This document shows positions 11,000 to 20,170 of a stretch of DNA of 64,000 nucleotides, piece by piece (position 1 is the stretch's first letter; each line of letters begins with the position of its first letter). The stretch lies in the IMG/VR virus record IMGVR_UViG_3300020049_007737, positions 1 to 64,000 of that record; one strand, given 5' to 3'. This DNA is from a virus. Its lineage: Duplodnaviria > Caudoviricetes. A program made the position numbers and the translations under genes. The notes under the pieces were generated by a model that did no database searches, had not been told where the DNA came from, and worked only from the letters and a program-made list of their open reading frames with translations.

Positions 11000-11974
11000 A
11001 TGAGTGTATTCAAACAATTTCAAGCATCGGATATAATTGTTTCACCGTTTGAAGTAAATAAATCATTTACTTTTAATGGTGCGGCTTCCTTTACAGGATC
11101 TGATGTTGGTATTGATAGGTTTTTAGGAAAAAACCTTAATAGTACATTATTCAACCCAGATACAGATCCTACAACGGGGCAAATTACACCTCAATATCAA
11201 AGATTAGTATATGATTCTATTAGAGAACTATATTATTCTAACTATACAAACTCACCAATAAGTTATGGAGCTTCACCATCAACATCAAGCCTAGTACCTG
11301 GATCTAATCCTGAAGGAGATGTTTATGTAGGATCTACAGGTTCACAAGGAAGATATTTTAATTATCCTCAAACAACATTAACCTTTGCTAAATATTTTCC
11401 TACAAGTTCTACAACACCAATAGGTGTAATATCAATCCCAGTAGGTATGTTTGGTAATTATATTCAACCAAATTCATTTGTAATAATTTCGGATGGAAAT
11501 ACAGTATATGATGATGGAGAAGGTAATTTACGTATTAACAATAAAATATGTGGGAATATTTTTTATAGTCATGGTATTGCTGTATTAACAAGTGATGATT
11601 CTCCTGATGTATATGGTGTTGGAACTTATGGCACTTCATCATATGGTGGTGGAACGGATGCTGCTTTTGTATTAAATTTTGTTACCTCTTCTGATGTAAC
11701 AATAGCATTCTCTTCATCATTAACCATTTATGAAACACAATATAAATGTACTATGAGAGAAAATGAATTTAATGCTAGTTTAAATCCTTCAATAATCTCA
11801 GGTTCAGAAGGTATACCTTATAGTTTTGCTACTAGTTCATTATTTACACCTTATGTTACAACAGTGGGATTATATGATGAATATCAAAACTTATTAGCGA
11901 TAGGAAAATTATCACAACCTTTACCTTCATCGCCTACAACAGATACTACAATACTTATTAATATAGACAGATAA
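11000..11974 (+). CDS. Baseplate/tail-fibre attachment structural protein (paralogue of previous gene)
   Basis: Shares N-terminal 'FKxFQxSDI(I/V)V' and C-terminal 'YVTTVGLYDEYQNLLAIGKLSQPL'. Confidence 0.55.
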   Translation: MSVFKQFQASDIIVSPFEVNKSFTFNGAASFTGSDVGIDRFLGKNLNSTLFNPDTDPTTGQITPQYQRLVYDSIRELYYSNYTNSPISYGASPSTSSLVPGSNPEGDVYVGSTGSQGRYFNYPQTTLTFAKYFPTSSTTPIGVISIPVGMFGNYIQPNSFVIISDGNTVYDDGEGNLRINNKICGNIFYSHGIAVLTSDDSPDVYGVGTYGTSSYGGGTDAAFVLNFVTSSDVTIAFSSSLTIYETQYKCTMRENEFNASLNPSIISGSEGIPYSFATSSLFTPYVTTVGLYDEYQNLLAIGKLSQPLPSSPTTDTTILINIDR

Positions 11975-11979
11975 TTTTT

Positions 11980-12435
11980 ATGAATAATTGGTTATACGAA
12001 AAAAAAGAAATAACATCCCTGGAGGATTTTCCAACCGACACTTTTGGGTATATATACATGGTAACTCATGTTCCGAGTGGTTTATCGTATTTGGGGAAAA
12101 AATCGCTATATCACAATGTAAAGCGCAAATTAACAAAAAAAGAATTGGCAGAGATGCCTGTAACAAGAGGAAGAAAAGTAACAACTGAAATTGTTAAAAA
12201 AGAATCCGATTGGAAAACATATTTTGGGTCTGCAAAACCAATTTTAACTCTGATAAAGGACGGTAAACAAGAGGAATTTACCCGTCAGATATTACAATTG
12301 GTACCCAATAAGAAATTATTAACATACTATGAGTGTAAACATTTATTTACTCAGGGTGTGTTAGAAAATCCTAATAAATGGTTTAACGACAATATTTTAG
12401 GAAAATTTTATAGTAAAGATTTTTTATTTTTATAA
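11980..12435 (+). CDS. GIY-YIG-superfamily nuclease-like protein
   Basis: 'GYIYMVT...SYLGKK' plus downstream 'YFGS', 'YYE' and 'FNDNI'. Confidence 0.6.
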   Translation: MNNWLYEKKEITSLEDFPTDTFGYIYMVTHVPSGLSYLGKKSLYHNVKRKLTKKELAEMPVTRGRKVTTEIVKKESDWKTYFGSAKPILTLIKDGKQEEFTRQILQLVPNKKLLTYYECKHLFTQGVLENPNKWFNDNILGKFYSKDFLFL

Positions 12436-12443
12436 TATTTATA
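12436..12443 (+). promoter_or_regulatory. Putative late promoter box TATTTATA
   Basis: Recurrent motif, immediately before the ATG at 12447. Confidence 0.55.
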
Positions 12444-12446
12444 GAC

Positions 12447-13277
12447 ATGAAATTAACAGATTTAAGAAAATTAATCAACGAAGAAATTCAATATGTACTT
12501 AATAATGAAGCCTTTGGTAAAGGTGGTAAAAACATTCAAATAGGTGCTGGTGGAGTAAAAGGTGGTGGTGGTAAAAGATTCATACCTTCATTCGTTAAAC
12601 TTCCTAAAAGTGTAAGAGATGCTTTTAAAGGTGATTTCAAATTAGTAAAAAATAGTGAAGGTGAATACACTTTATATATTTCAAAAGATTTACATGCTGC
12701 TTTAAATATAAGAAGCACAGGTCAAAATACAAACACAGCAAAATCATCTTTAAAACGTGTTAATGATATTAATGCTTTAGGATTACCTCAAGAACTTAAA
12801 TCTTTATTAAAGAAAACAAGTAAACTTAATTCTTCATTAGGTATGTATGCTATTGCTGTAAAAATTAAAGACGTAACTCCTGAAGGAGATATTATGTTTG
12901 ATAACCCAGCAGTTTCAGGTACTTTAAATGCATTTGAAGGAGTAATTAATGAAGTAATGGATGCTTTAATGGCAGAAGAAACACACAATCCAGTTGATGA
13001 TATTGGTAAATTTTTCGTAGCTAAAAAACCTAAAAAAGGTATGACTAAGGAAGAAATGGTTTACGAAGCAACTGTATTTGATGAAATAAATCCAGAAGAA
13101 ACATTAATAGTACATAAAAATAAATCTGAAGTAAATCGTACAGCTAGTGAAGCATTAAAATCATTTGAAGATCAACTTAAAGAAGTTGAATCGTCAATGG
13201 AAGAAATACGAAAAGATAAAGAAGCTATAAAAGCAAAAGCTCAAGCTGCTAAAGAAAGAATTAACAAAATAAAATAA
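12447..13277 (+). CDS. Hypothetical protein, candidate internal head protein
   Basis: Leader 'MKLTDLRKLINEEI'; charged; C-terminal coiled coil. Confidence 0.6.
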   Translation: MKLTDLRKLINEEIQYVLNNEAFGKGGKNIQIGAGGVKGGGGKRFIPSFVKLPKSVRDAFKGDFKLVKNSEGEYTLYISKDLHAALNIRSTGQNTNTAKSSLKRVNDINALGLPQELKSLLKKTSKLNSSLGMYAIAVKIKDVTPEGDIMFDNPAVSGTLNAFEGVINEVMDALMAEETHNPVDDIGKFFVAKKPKKGMTKEEMVYEATVFDEINPEETLIVHKNKSEVNRTASEALKSFEDQLKEVESSMEEIRKDKEAIKAKAQAAKERINKIK

Positions 13278-13284
13278 ATAACTT

Positions 13285-13310
13285 AAGCTTGGTCACCCAA
13301 GCTTTCTTTA
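13285..13310 (+). terminator. Intrinsic terminator-like hairpin
   Basis: AAGCTTGG-TCAC-CCAAGCTT followed by TCTTT. Confidence 0.6.
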
Positions 13311-13317
13311 TTATATT
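13288..13317 (+). promoter_or_regulatory. Putative Bacteroidota-type (-33/-7) early/middle promoter
   Basis: CTTGG-N19-TATATT upstream of primase; same spacing as the copies at 27351 and 40143. Confidence 0.5.
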
Positions 13318-13323
13318 GTTTTT

Positions 13324-14253
13324 ATGTTAAATCAAAGTTTGATAGCTTTAGTTAATTCTGTGTTAGGAACTGGTAAATCAACCTCTAGAGGAAACTATGC
13401 TTATCATTGTCCTTTCTGCAATCACCACAAACCTAAATTAGAAATTAATTTTAATGAAAATGAAAAAGGTGAGAATCCTTGGCATTGTTGGACATGTGAT
13501 AAAAAAGGTAAAAAGGTATATCAAATATTTAAATCAATTACATTATCACCTGAAGTAATAGCTGATTTAAAATCACTCACTAAAGGTGGATTTGTTGAAA
13601 AACAAATTACAGTAGAACAAAAAGTTGAATTACCTAAAGAATTTAAATCATTACTTAATATAACTCAAACAAACATAACAGGTAGACATGCTCTGTCTTA
13701 TTTAAAATCAAGACACATAACTGAAGAAGATATTATTAAATACAACATTGGTTATTGTGAAACAGGTAAATATGCTAAAATGATTATTATTCCGTCTTAT
13801 GATAAAAATGGAATATTAAATTACTTTACAGGACGATCATTTAATAAAGACTCAAAACAAAAATACCAAAACCCAGAAGTATCACGCGATATAATACCAT
13901 TTGAGTTGTTTATTAATTGGGAAATACCGTTTATATTGTGTGAAGGACCATTTGATGCAATAGCCATTAAAAGAAATACTATCCCATTACTAGGCAAAAA
14001 TATACAATCTAATTTAATGAAACAGATTGTAAAGTCTAGTGTTGAAAAAATATATATAGCTTTAGATAAAGATGCTCAAAAGCAAGCTTTAACCTTTTGC
14101 GAGCGATTGATGAAAGAAGGCAAAGAAGTCTATTTAGTAGACTTAAATGACAAAGATCCTAGTGAAATGGGATTTAATAATTTCACAAAACTAATACAAG
14201 ACACTTATCCACTAACATTCTCTAGTTTATTAGAGAAAAAACTACAATTATGA
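13324..14253 (+). CDS. dnaG: DNA primase (zinc finger + TOPRIM)
   Basis: CPFC..H...CWTC zinc-binding domain; 'LCEGPFDA' and 'IALDKDA' TOPRIM motifs. Confidence 0.9.
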   Translation: MLNQSLIALVNSVLGTGKSTSRGNYAYHCPFCNHHKPKLEINFNENEKGENPWHCWTCDKKGKKVYQIFKSITLSPEVIADLKSLTKGGFVEKQITVEQKVELPKEFKSLLNITQTNITGRHALSYLKSRHITEEDIIKYNIGYCETGKYAKMIIIPSYDKNGILNYFTGRSFNKDSKQKYQNPEVSRDIIPFELFINWEIPFILCEGPFDAIAIKRNTIPLLGKNIQSNLMKQIVKSSVEKIYIALDKDAQKQALTFCERLMKEGKEVYLVDLNDKDPSEMGFNNFTKLIQDTYPLTFSSLLEKKLQL

Positions 14254-15038
14254 TTGAAAAAAATGTAAACGTTCATAAAAAACACGTCAAACGATTATTA
14301 GAAATTAATGATGCTTCTAAGAGAGTAACAATAATGGATAATAGATATTATACTAGAAATGGTAATTATTATCCATCAGTTACTAGTATTTTACAATACA
14401 TGCCAAAAAATAAATTTTTTGAAACATGGCTAAAAGACGTAGGTCATAACTCAGATATTATAATGAGAAAAGCAGCAGATGAAGGTACACAAGTACACGA
14501 TGCTGTTGAAAGATATCTTTTAGGTGAAAAAATATCATTAATTGATGATAGAGGATATTCACAATACTCAATGTTTGTTTGGCAAATGATTTTAAGATTC
14601 CATGAATTCTGGAGTACTTATAAACCAGTATTAGTAGAAAGTGAAATTCACTTATTCTCAGACAAACACATGTTTGCAGGTACTTGTGACTTAGTAGTAG
14701 AAATAAATGGTCAAAAATGGCTATTAGATATTAAAACATCAAATTCATTACATACAAGTCAAGAATTACAACTATCAGCATATGCTCAAGCATGGAATGA
14801 ATTATACGAGGAAAAAATTGAACGTGTAGGTATTATTTGGTTAAAATCCTCAAAACATAAAGCAGATAAAAAAGGAGAAAAAATGCAAGGTAAAGGATGG
14901 GAAATATTTGAACCAACTCGTAGCATTGAAGAAAACTTTAAATTATTCGGATATATACACGAATTATATAAATTAGAACACCCAGATCCTAAACCAACAT
15001 CAAATGATTTCCCAACTGAAATTCAAATAGGAATGTAA
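14250..15038 (+). CDS. PD-(D/E)XK exonuclease (Cas4/RecB-like phage family)
   Basis: 'YPSVTSIL', 'GTQVHDAVE', 'AGTCDLV', 'LDIKTS' and 'QLSAY' motifs. Confidence 0.85.
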   Translation: MIEKNVNVHKKHVKRLLEINDASKRVTIMDNRYYTRNGNYYPSVTSILQYMPKNKFFETWLKDVGHNSDIIMRKAADEGTQVHDAVERYLLGEKISLIDDRGYSQYSMFVWQMILRFHEFWSTYKPVLVESEIHLFSDKHMFAGTCDLVVEINGQKWLLDIKTSNSLHTSQELQLSAYAQAWNELYEEKIERVGIIWLKSSKHKADKKGEKMQGKGWEIFEPTRSIEENFKLFGYIHELYKLEHPDPKPTSNDFPTEIQIGM

Positions 15039-15045
15039 TTGCTAA

Positions 15046-15053
15046 TATTTATA
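15046..15053 (+). promoter_or_regulatory. Putative late promoter box TATTTATA
   Basis: Recurrent motif upstream of 15067. Confidence 0.65.
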
Positions 15054-15066
15054 CCAAAATATTGGA

Positions 15067-15975
15067 ATGATTTCTTTAATTGAGATTTTAAAAAAAGTAA
15101 TAACAGAAGGTGGTAATGTATTTACGGGTACCGAATACGATACTGATGATGTTGAATTAAATAATATACAACCAACTGTATCAAAATTTGCATCAACTTT
15201 AAGTAGCATTTTTCCTAAAAAGAAAGCAACATTTGCCTCTTTAAATGATAAGAGTAATTGGTTAGGATCTACAGGTAAAAAACCAAAATCAGGAGACGTT
15301 GATTTAGCATATTCATCTGAACATTTCTTTAATAACGGAAATACTGATACTGATGGATGGGGTATTGATTCAAATGAATATAATGCTCTATACGAAAAAA
15401 ATAAAAAAGCAGCACGTTCTGCTACTGAAGAACAAATTCAAGTAAAATCATTAATTCAATTAATTGTTAAAAAAATTAATGAATCTGGAAATGATTTATA
15501 TGCAAGTGATAAAGCCGCTAATGGTGGTACAATTCACTTTTCTTATCCACAATATTCTGGTGATAAAAAATTAGATTTAAATGCACAACTAGATTTAGAT
15601 ACAGGAGACATGGACTGGTTAAAATTCAGATACAATTATGAACTACCAGATGATAATCCTGAAATAAAAGGGTTACATAGAGGACAACTGATGTTAGCTA
15701 TGTTTGCTGCTACAGGTTATACTTTCAAAAACGGTAAAGGTTTTGTTCGTAAAGAAACAGGTGATATATTAGGTAGTAAACCTCAAGATGCTATAGAAGT
15801 ATTTAATAAAGAATACAAACCTAAAAATCCATTAGATTTAAAAATAACTAGTAATTATGATAAATTAATGAATTATATCAAAACTAATCTTAAACCTGAA
15901 GATAAAGAAAACGCATTAAAAATGTTTGCTGAGGCTTTAAGAAGAGCTAAAGCATATGTACCTAATAATATTTAA
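15067..15975 (+). CDS. Pol-beta-superfamily nucleotidyltransferase-like protein
   Basis: 'LGSTGKKPKSGDVDLA' (GS..DxD) and a third acidic strand 'QLDLD'; leader 'MISLIEILKKVITE'. Confidence 0.65.
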   Translation: MISLIEILKKVITEGGNVFTGTEYDTDDVELNNIQPTVSKFASTLSSIFPKKKATFASLNDKSNWLGSTGKKPKSGDVDLAYSSEHFFNNGNTDTDGWGIDSNEYNALYEKNKKAARSATEEQIQVKSLIQLIVKKINESGNDLYASDKAANGGTIHFSYPQYSGDKKLDLNAQLDLDTGDMDWLKFRYNYELPDDNPEIKGLHRGQLMLAMFAATGYTFKNGKGFVRKETGDILGSKPQDAIEVFNKEYKPKNPLDLKITSNYDKLMNYIKTNLKPEDKENALKMFAEALRRAKAYVPNNI

Positions 15976-15980
15976 ATAAC

Positions 15981-17888
15981 ATGAGTGGAGCAGCAGGCGG
16001 ATCACGTATTAAAAAAGAAGATTTAAAAGCCACAATTCGTGACTATAGAGATAATGTCTTAAAACCTTTAGGTCTTGATAAATCATACAATATAACTGGA
16101 GTTCGCTCTAGACCTGAGAAAGATATATTTGGTGACATAGATGTTGTTGTATCGTTTCCTGGAGGTGATAAAAAAGAACTTAAACAAACTTTAGCTAAAT
16201 TTATAGAACAAGTTAATAAAGTTCCTGGAATACCACAGAAAAAAAACAAAAAGTATTTTATACATGGTTCTATAGTTTCTATATTATATCCAATATCTGG
16301 AAAAGAAAATGAATATGTTCAAATAGATAATATAGTAACAGCATCAAAAGACGAAGGTAAATTTACATATAAGATGTTAGACTTACCTGCACAAGAACAA
16401 GGTTTAGCTTTAGGTTTAGTTAAAGCAGTATTTACTGAATTAGATAAAAATCAAGTAGATAAATTATTTAAAGATCTAAAAATAACAAATATTGAAAAAC
16501 CTGGCGAAGGAGAAGAATATGACTTTAGTCTAAACCCTTCAGAATTAACCTTAAAAATAGTTAAAACAGGTACTAACGATGGTAAAACAATATGGACATC
16601 TAATAAATTCTCAGATATTAAAATTGTACTATCAGCTTTAGGTATAGATATTGAAAAAGATAAATTCGATACAATAATTAGTAAAATTAAAAAATTCAAA
16701 AATAGAAGATCAATAGATCGTCTTAAAGGAATGTATACTAGAAATATAAGAGTAGGTGACGCAGAAGTAGGTCTTGATAAAGGTATTAAAAAACAACAAT
16801 CATTAGATACAGTTAATGCTTTACAAGAAAAATATAGCGCATTAGTAATGAAGATGATTTCTCCATTATTAACAGAAGGTGAAAATTCAACAATTGCTGT
16901 ATTTCCTGGTAAATTTAAACCACCACATAAAGATCATTTAGCTCGTATAAATGCTGCAGCAGACGTTGCTGATGAGGTTTTAGTAATAATAGGACCAAAA
17001 CCAGTAGATTCATTTACAGCAGAACAAACATTAGATTTATTTAATTTATTTAAATCAAAAGGTTTAATACCTAATAATGTTAAATTTGTAATTAGTGATT
17101 TACCTTCTCCTGTATTAAAAGCATATAAAGAATTTGAAAATAATCCAAATCAACAATACATTGCTGTGTTTGGAAAAGATGATATAGCTCGTTTTAAAAA
17201 TATTGATAAATTATCTAATGTTAAAGTTGATAATTTTGAAGAAGCAAATGTTGGTAATTTAAGTGCAACTGATTTAAGAAATGCTATATCAAATAACGAC
17301 ATTTCAACCATTCAATCAATGATGCCTGATGGTATTGATGCTGAAGAATATATTCAAACATTAATGGGTCAAAAAAAATTACAGGAAGAAGTAACTGATA
17401 CTGAGGTAATTTGTGACAATTGTGGTTGGCATTGGCCTATAGCTGATGGAGGAGATGATTTATATATTTGTCACAAATGTGGTCATGATAATACTCCTAA
17501 TTCAAATCAAACTTGGGATCTTAAAGAAGGAATAGTATCTTTATCTAAGTATATGCTTGAGAATGGATTGAATGTTAAACCTTTACCTACTGTTAAATTT
17601 ATAAACAATGATGAAGAAAATGCATCAAACATGTTAGGTAAAACAGCATATTATGACCCATCAGAAAAATCAATAACATTATATACTTTTGGTAGACATC
17701 CTAAAGATATTCTACGTTCATTTTCTCATGAAATGATTCATCATATTCAAAATTTAGAAAATAGATTAAATAACATTAATACTACTAATACAAATGAAGA
17801 TGGTGATTTACCTGAATTAGAAAAAGAAGCATATGAAAAAGGAAATATGACGTTACGTAATTGGGAGGATAGTATTAAAAATGTATAG
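15981..17888 (+). CDS. Multidomain protein: nucleotidyltransferase + cytidylyltransferase-like (HxGH class) + zinc ribbon + HExxH domain
   Basis: 'FGDIDVVV...VQIDNIV'; 'AVFPGKFKPPHKDH...LSATDLR'; 'CDNC...CHKC'; 'SHEMIHH...E'. Confidence 0.7.
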   Translation: MSGAAGGSRIKKEDLKATIRDYRDNVLKPLGLDKSYNITGVRSRPEKDIFGDIDVVVSFPGGDKKELKQTLAKFIEQVNKVPGIPQKKNKKYFIHGSIVSILYPISGKENEYVQIDNIVTASKDEGKFTYKMLDLPAQEQGLALGLVKAVFTELDKNQVDKLFKDLKITNIEKPGEGEEYDFSLNPSELTLKIVKTGTNDGKTIWTSNKFSDIKIVLSALGIDIEKDKFDTIISKIKKFKNRRSIDRLKGMYTRNIRVGDAEVGLDKGIKKQQSLDTVNALQEKYSALVMKMISPLLTEGENSTIAVFPGKFKPPHKDHLARINAAADVADEVLVIIGPKPVDSFTAEQTLDLFNLFKSKGLIPNNVKFVISDLPSPVLKAYKEFENNPNQQYIAVFGKDDIARFKNIDKLSNVKVDNFEEANVGNLSATDLRNAISNNDISTIQSMMPDGIDAEEYIQTLMGQKKLQEEVTDTEVICDNCGWHWPIADGGDDLYICHKCGHDNTPNSNQTWDLKEGIVSLSKYMLENGLNVKPLPTVKFINNDEENASNMLGKTAYYDPSEKSITLYTFGRHPKDILRSFSHEMIHHIQNLENRLNNINTTNTNEDGDLPELEKEAYEKGNMTLRNWEDSIKNV

Positions 17889-18420
17889 TTACAAATTAAC
17901 AGATATATATAAACAAATTAAAGAGGAGGCAGAACAACCAACTCAACAATACACAATTTATTGTGATATGGACGGTGTGTTATGCGATTTTGACAGTAGA
18001 TTCAAACAATTAAATCCAGAACATTTAACACCAAGTGAATATATTGCTAAATATAGTACAAGTAAATTTTGGAAACAAATAGGCTCTTATAAAGAAGAGT
18101 TCTGGTCAGAAATGAGTTGGATGGCTGATGGTAAACAATTATGGGAGTATATTATAAAATATAAACCATCATTACTATCAGCTCCATCATATGAAGCATC
18201 ATCACGTTATGGAAAAAGATTATGGGTTGATAAAAACTTACCGGGTACAAAACTAATTTTGGCATCAGCCGATAAAAAACAAAATTATTCTAAACCTAAT
18301 CGAATACTTATTGACGATAAAGAATCCAACGTGGAACAATGGCGTTCACAAGGTGGAATAGGTATATTACATAAAAACACAACAGACACAATTAAACAAT
18401 TACAACAATATGGACTATAA
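17881..18420 (+). CDS. HAD-family 5'(3')-deoxyribonucleotidase-like phosphatase
   Basis: 'IYCDMDGVLCDF', 'LSAP', 'K..W' and 'LIDD' motifs. Confidence 0.85.
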   Translation: MYSYKLTDIYKQIKEEAEQPTQQYTIYCDMDGVLCDFDSRFKQLNPEHLTPSEYIAKYSTSKFWKQIGSYKEEFWSEMSWMADGKQLWEYIIKYKPSLLSAPSYEASSRYGKRLWVDKNLPGTKLILASADKKQNYSKPNRILIDDKESNVEQWRSQGGIGILHKNTTDTIKQLQQYGL

Positions 18421-18958
18421 ATATAAATTAAAAGAAAACGATGAAGATGGAAAATCATCACGTTTAACCGTAGATCATGATGTTACTATAGTAACACCAG
18501 ATATTAAAGCAGCTCTTGAAGCATTACAAAACATAGATAACTATGGTATTTATATTTCAAATATGAGAAATAAAGCTAGTGTTGAAAAAGCAATAGAAAC
18601 TCATTTTGGTAACATGGATGCTGACGGTAAAAAAATATCTCATGCTAAAAAAATGTCTATTGAAAAACAAAGAGGTGAGAAATTTCCAATTAAAACAAAA
18701 CAAGGAATAGATGATTTCGTTAAATCATTAACTAGTAAACCAACACTATTAACTTATGATGTTAAAGATGATAAACTTGTTTTTCCTAAAGATAAAAATC
18801 CTTCAATAGAAACTACAAAGAAAATCATTAAAACAGTAATGAATACTGCTGGAGTTGATTATAAAATCTTTAATGAAAAAGAAGCAGTTAAAGAAGCAAA
18901 AGAAAAAGAATTACGTTTATTAATTAGAGAAGAAGTTAGATCTATCTTGAACAAATAA
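18410..18958 (+). CDS. Hypothetical protein, candidate internal head protein
   Basis: Leader 'MDYKYKLKE'; C-terminal 'LRLLIREEV' helix. Confidence 0.6.
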   Translation: MDYKYKLKENDEDGKSSRLTVDHDVTIVTPDIKAALEALQNIDNYGIYISNMRNKASVEKAIETHFGNMDADGKKISHAKKMSIEKQRGEKFPIKTKQGIDDFVKSLTSKPTLLTYDVKDDKLVFPKDKNPSIETTKKIIKTVMNTAGVDYKIFNEKEAVKEAKEKELRLLIREEVRSILNK

Positions 18959-18964
18959 TAACAA

Positions 18965-19531
18965 ATGAAAGATTCGGTTTTAAAAAAAGAGTTCAAACAA
19001 CGTGATGTAGAACGTCTTCGTAACCTTGTACAAGGTAAATACGGTGACAGCACTACAATGGGGACAGGTTATGAAAAACCAAAAGAATTTCATGATGAAG
19101 GAGATGTATGGGAAGAAAATGGCCGTACATGGACTATTAAAAATGGAATTAAACAAAATATTACAAAACTAGACAAAGCAAAAGAAGGTATTGTATTACC
19201 TTTATTTTGTCCTTGTTGTACTAAAGCATTAAAACCACATTTGGATAAAAAATGGTACATAATGTATGGTCACTGCTTTAACTGTCAGGTTGATGCTGAG
19301 GCTGAATTACGTAAACAAGGTACATTAGAAGAAACCGAAAAACAAGTAACAAATGATTACCTTGAAGGTATGACTAACGATTTTGAAGTTTGGTTTGAGG
19401 AATTAATTAATGAAAAAGAGCAGTTTATAACTGAGGCTGGTGATGTAGAAAAATGGGATGGTTCTGGTAAACAACAATTATTAAAAAACAAAGAAGAAGC
19501 ACTTAAATATTTACACAGTTTGAAAAAATGA
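18965..19531 (+). CDS. Hypothetical zinc-finger protein
   Basis: 'CPCC...CFNC' cysteine pairs. Confidence 0.65.
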   Translation: MKDSVLKKEFKQRDVERLRNLVQGKYGDSTTMGTGYEKPKEFHDEGDVWEENGRTWTIKNGIKQNITKLDKAKEGIVLPLFCPCCTKALKPHLDKKWYIMYGHCFNCQVDAEAELRKQGTLEETEKQVTNDYLEGMTNDFEVWFEELINEKEQFITEAGDVEKWDGSGKQQLLKNKEEALKYLHSLKK

Positions 19532-20142
19532 TAACTATGATCACTACCATAGCCGTTGCACTAATAACAGCGGTAATTGGTCCTGCAGTACTAGAATGGG
19601 TTAAACTTAAGTTTAACAAACAACCAAGCAAAGAATCTCTTATGAAAGAGGCAATCGATTTAAATGAATTAGTCGATTATCAATTAGACAATATGATGGA
19701 TGTCCTAGAATGTGATAGGATTTGGATAGCTCAATTCCATAATGGTGGTCATTTTTATCCAACAGGTAAATCCATTCAGAAATTTTCTTTGTTTTATGAA
19801 AAAGTATCACCAAATACTCAATCAATTCAACACATATTTCAGAATATTCCTGTAAGTTTATTCCCTAAAGCACTAGCTAAATTATATAAAGACGGTGAAT
19901 TAGGAATATTAAATTATAATACTACTGAAAATTATGATTTAAATTCATTTGCGTGTGATTATGGTACAAAATCATTTTATATGTTAGCAATAGATGATTT
20001 AGATGATCATTTTATTGGAGTAATAGGAATTGCATTTAATAACAAAGAACATAAATTATCTAAAGAAGAATGGATATTTATAAGACAGAAAGTAGGAGCG
20101 ATTGGTTCATTACTTACTGAATATTTGAATAAGAAAAAATAA
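19528..20142 (+). CDS. N-terminal TM + GAF-like domain protein, candidate T4 T-type holin
   Basis: Hydrophobic N-terminus; 'DRIWIAQFHNG' and 'FIGVIGIAF' GAF-like strands. Confidence 0.5.
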   Translation: MITMITTIAVALITAVIGPAVLEWVKLKFNKQPSKESLMKEAIDLNELVDYQLDNMMDVLECDRIWIAQFHNGGHFYPTGKSIQKFSLFYEKVSPNTQSIQHIFQNIPVSLFPKALAKLYKDGELGILNYNTTENYDLNSFACDYGTKSFYMLAIDDLDDHFIGVIGIAFNNKEHKLSKEEWIFIRQKVGAIGSLLTEYLNKKK

Positions 20143-20147
20143 CACAA

Positions 20148-20155
20148 TATTTATA
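20148..20155 (+). promoter_or_regulatory. Putative late promoter box TATTTATA
   Basis: Recurrent motif upstream of 20171. Confidence 0.65.
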
Positions 20156-20170
20156 ATAAAACATAACAAA

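Noticed and set aside
11988-12188. Alternative-frame + strand ORF (66 aa)
   Set aside because: It is nested inside the GIY-YIG-like gene and has no independent support.
14250-15038. cas4 as evidence of a CRISPR-Cas locus
   Set aside because: It is a stand-alone phage PD-(D/E)XK exonuclease coupled to primase; it lacks the Fe-S cysteine set, and there are no other cas genes or arrays.
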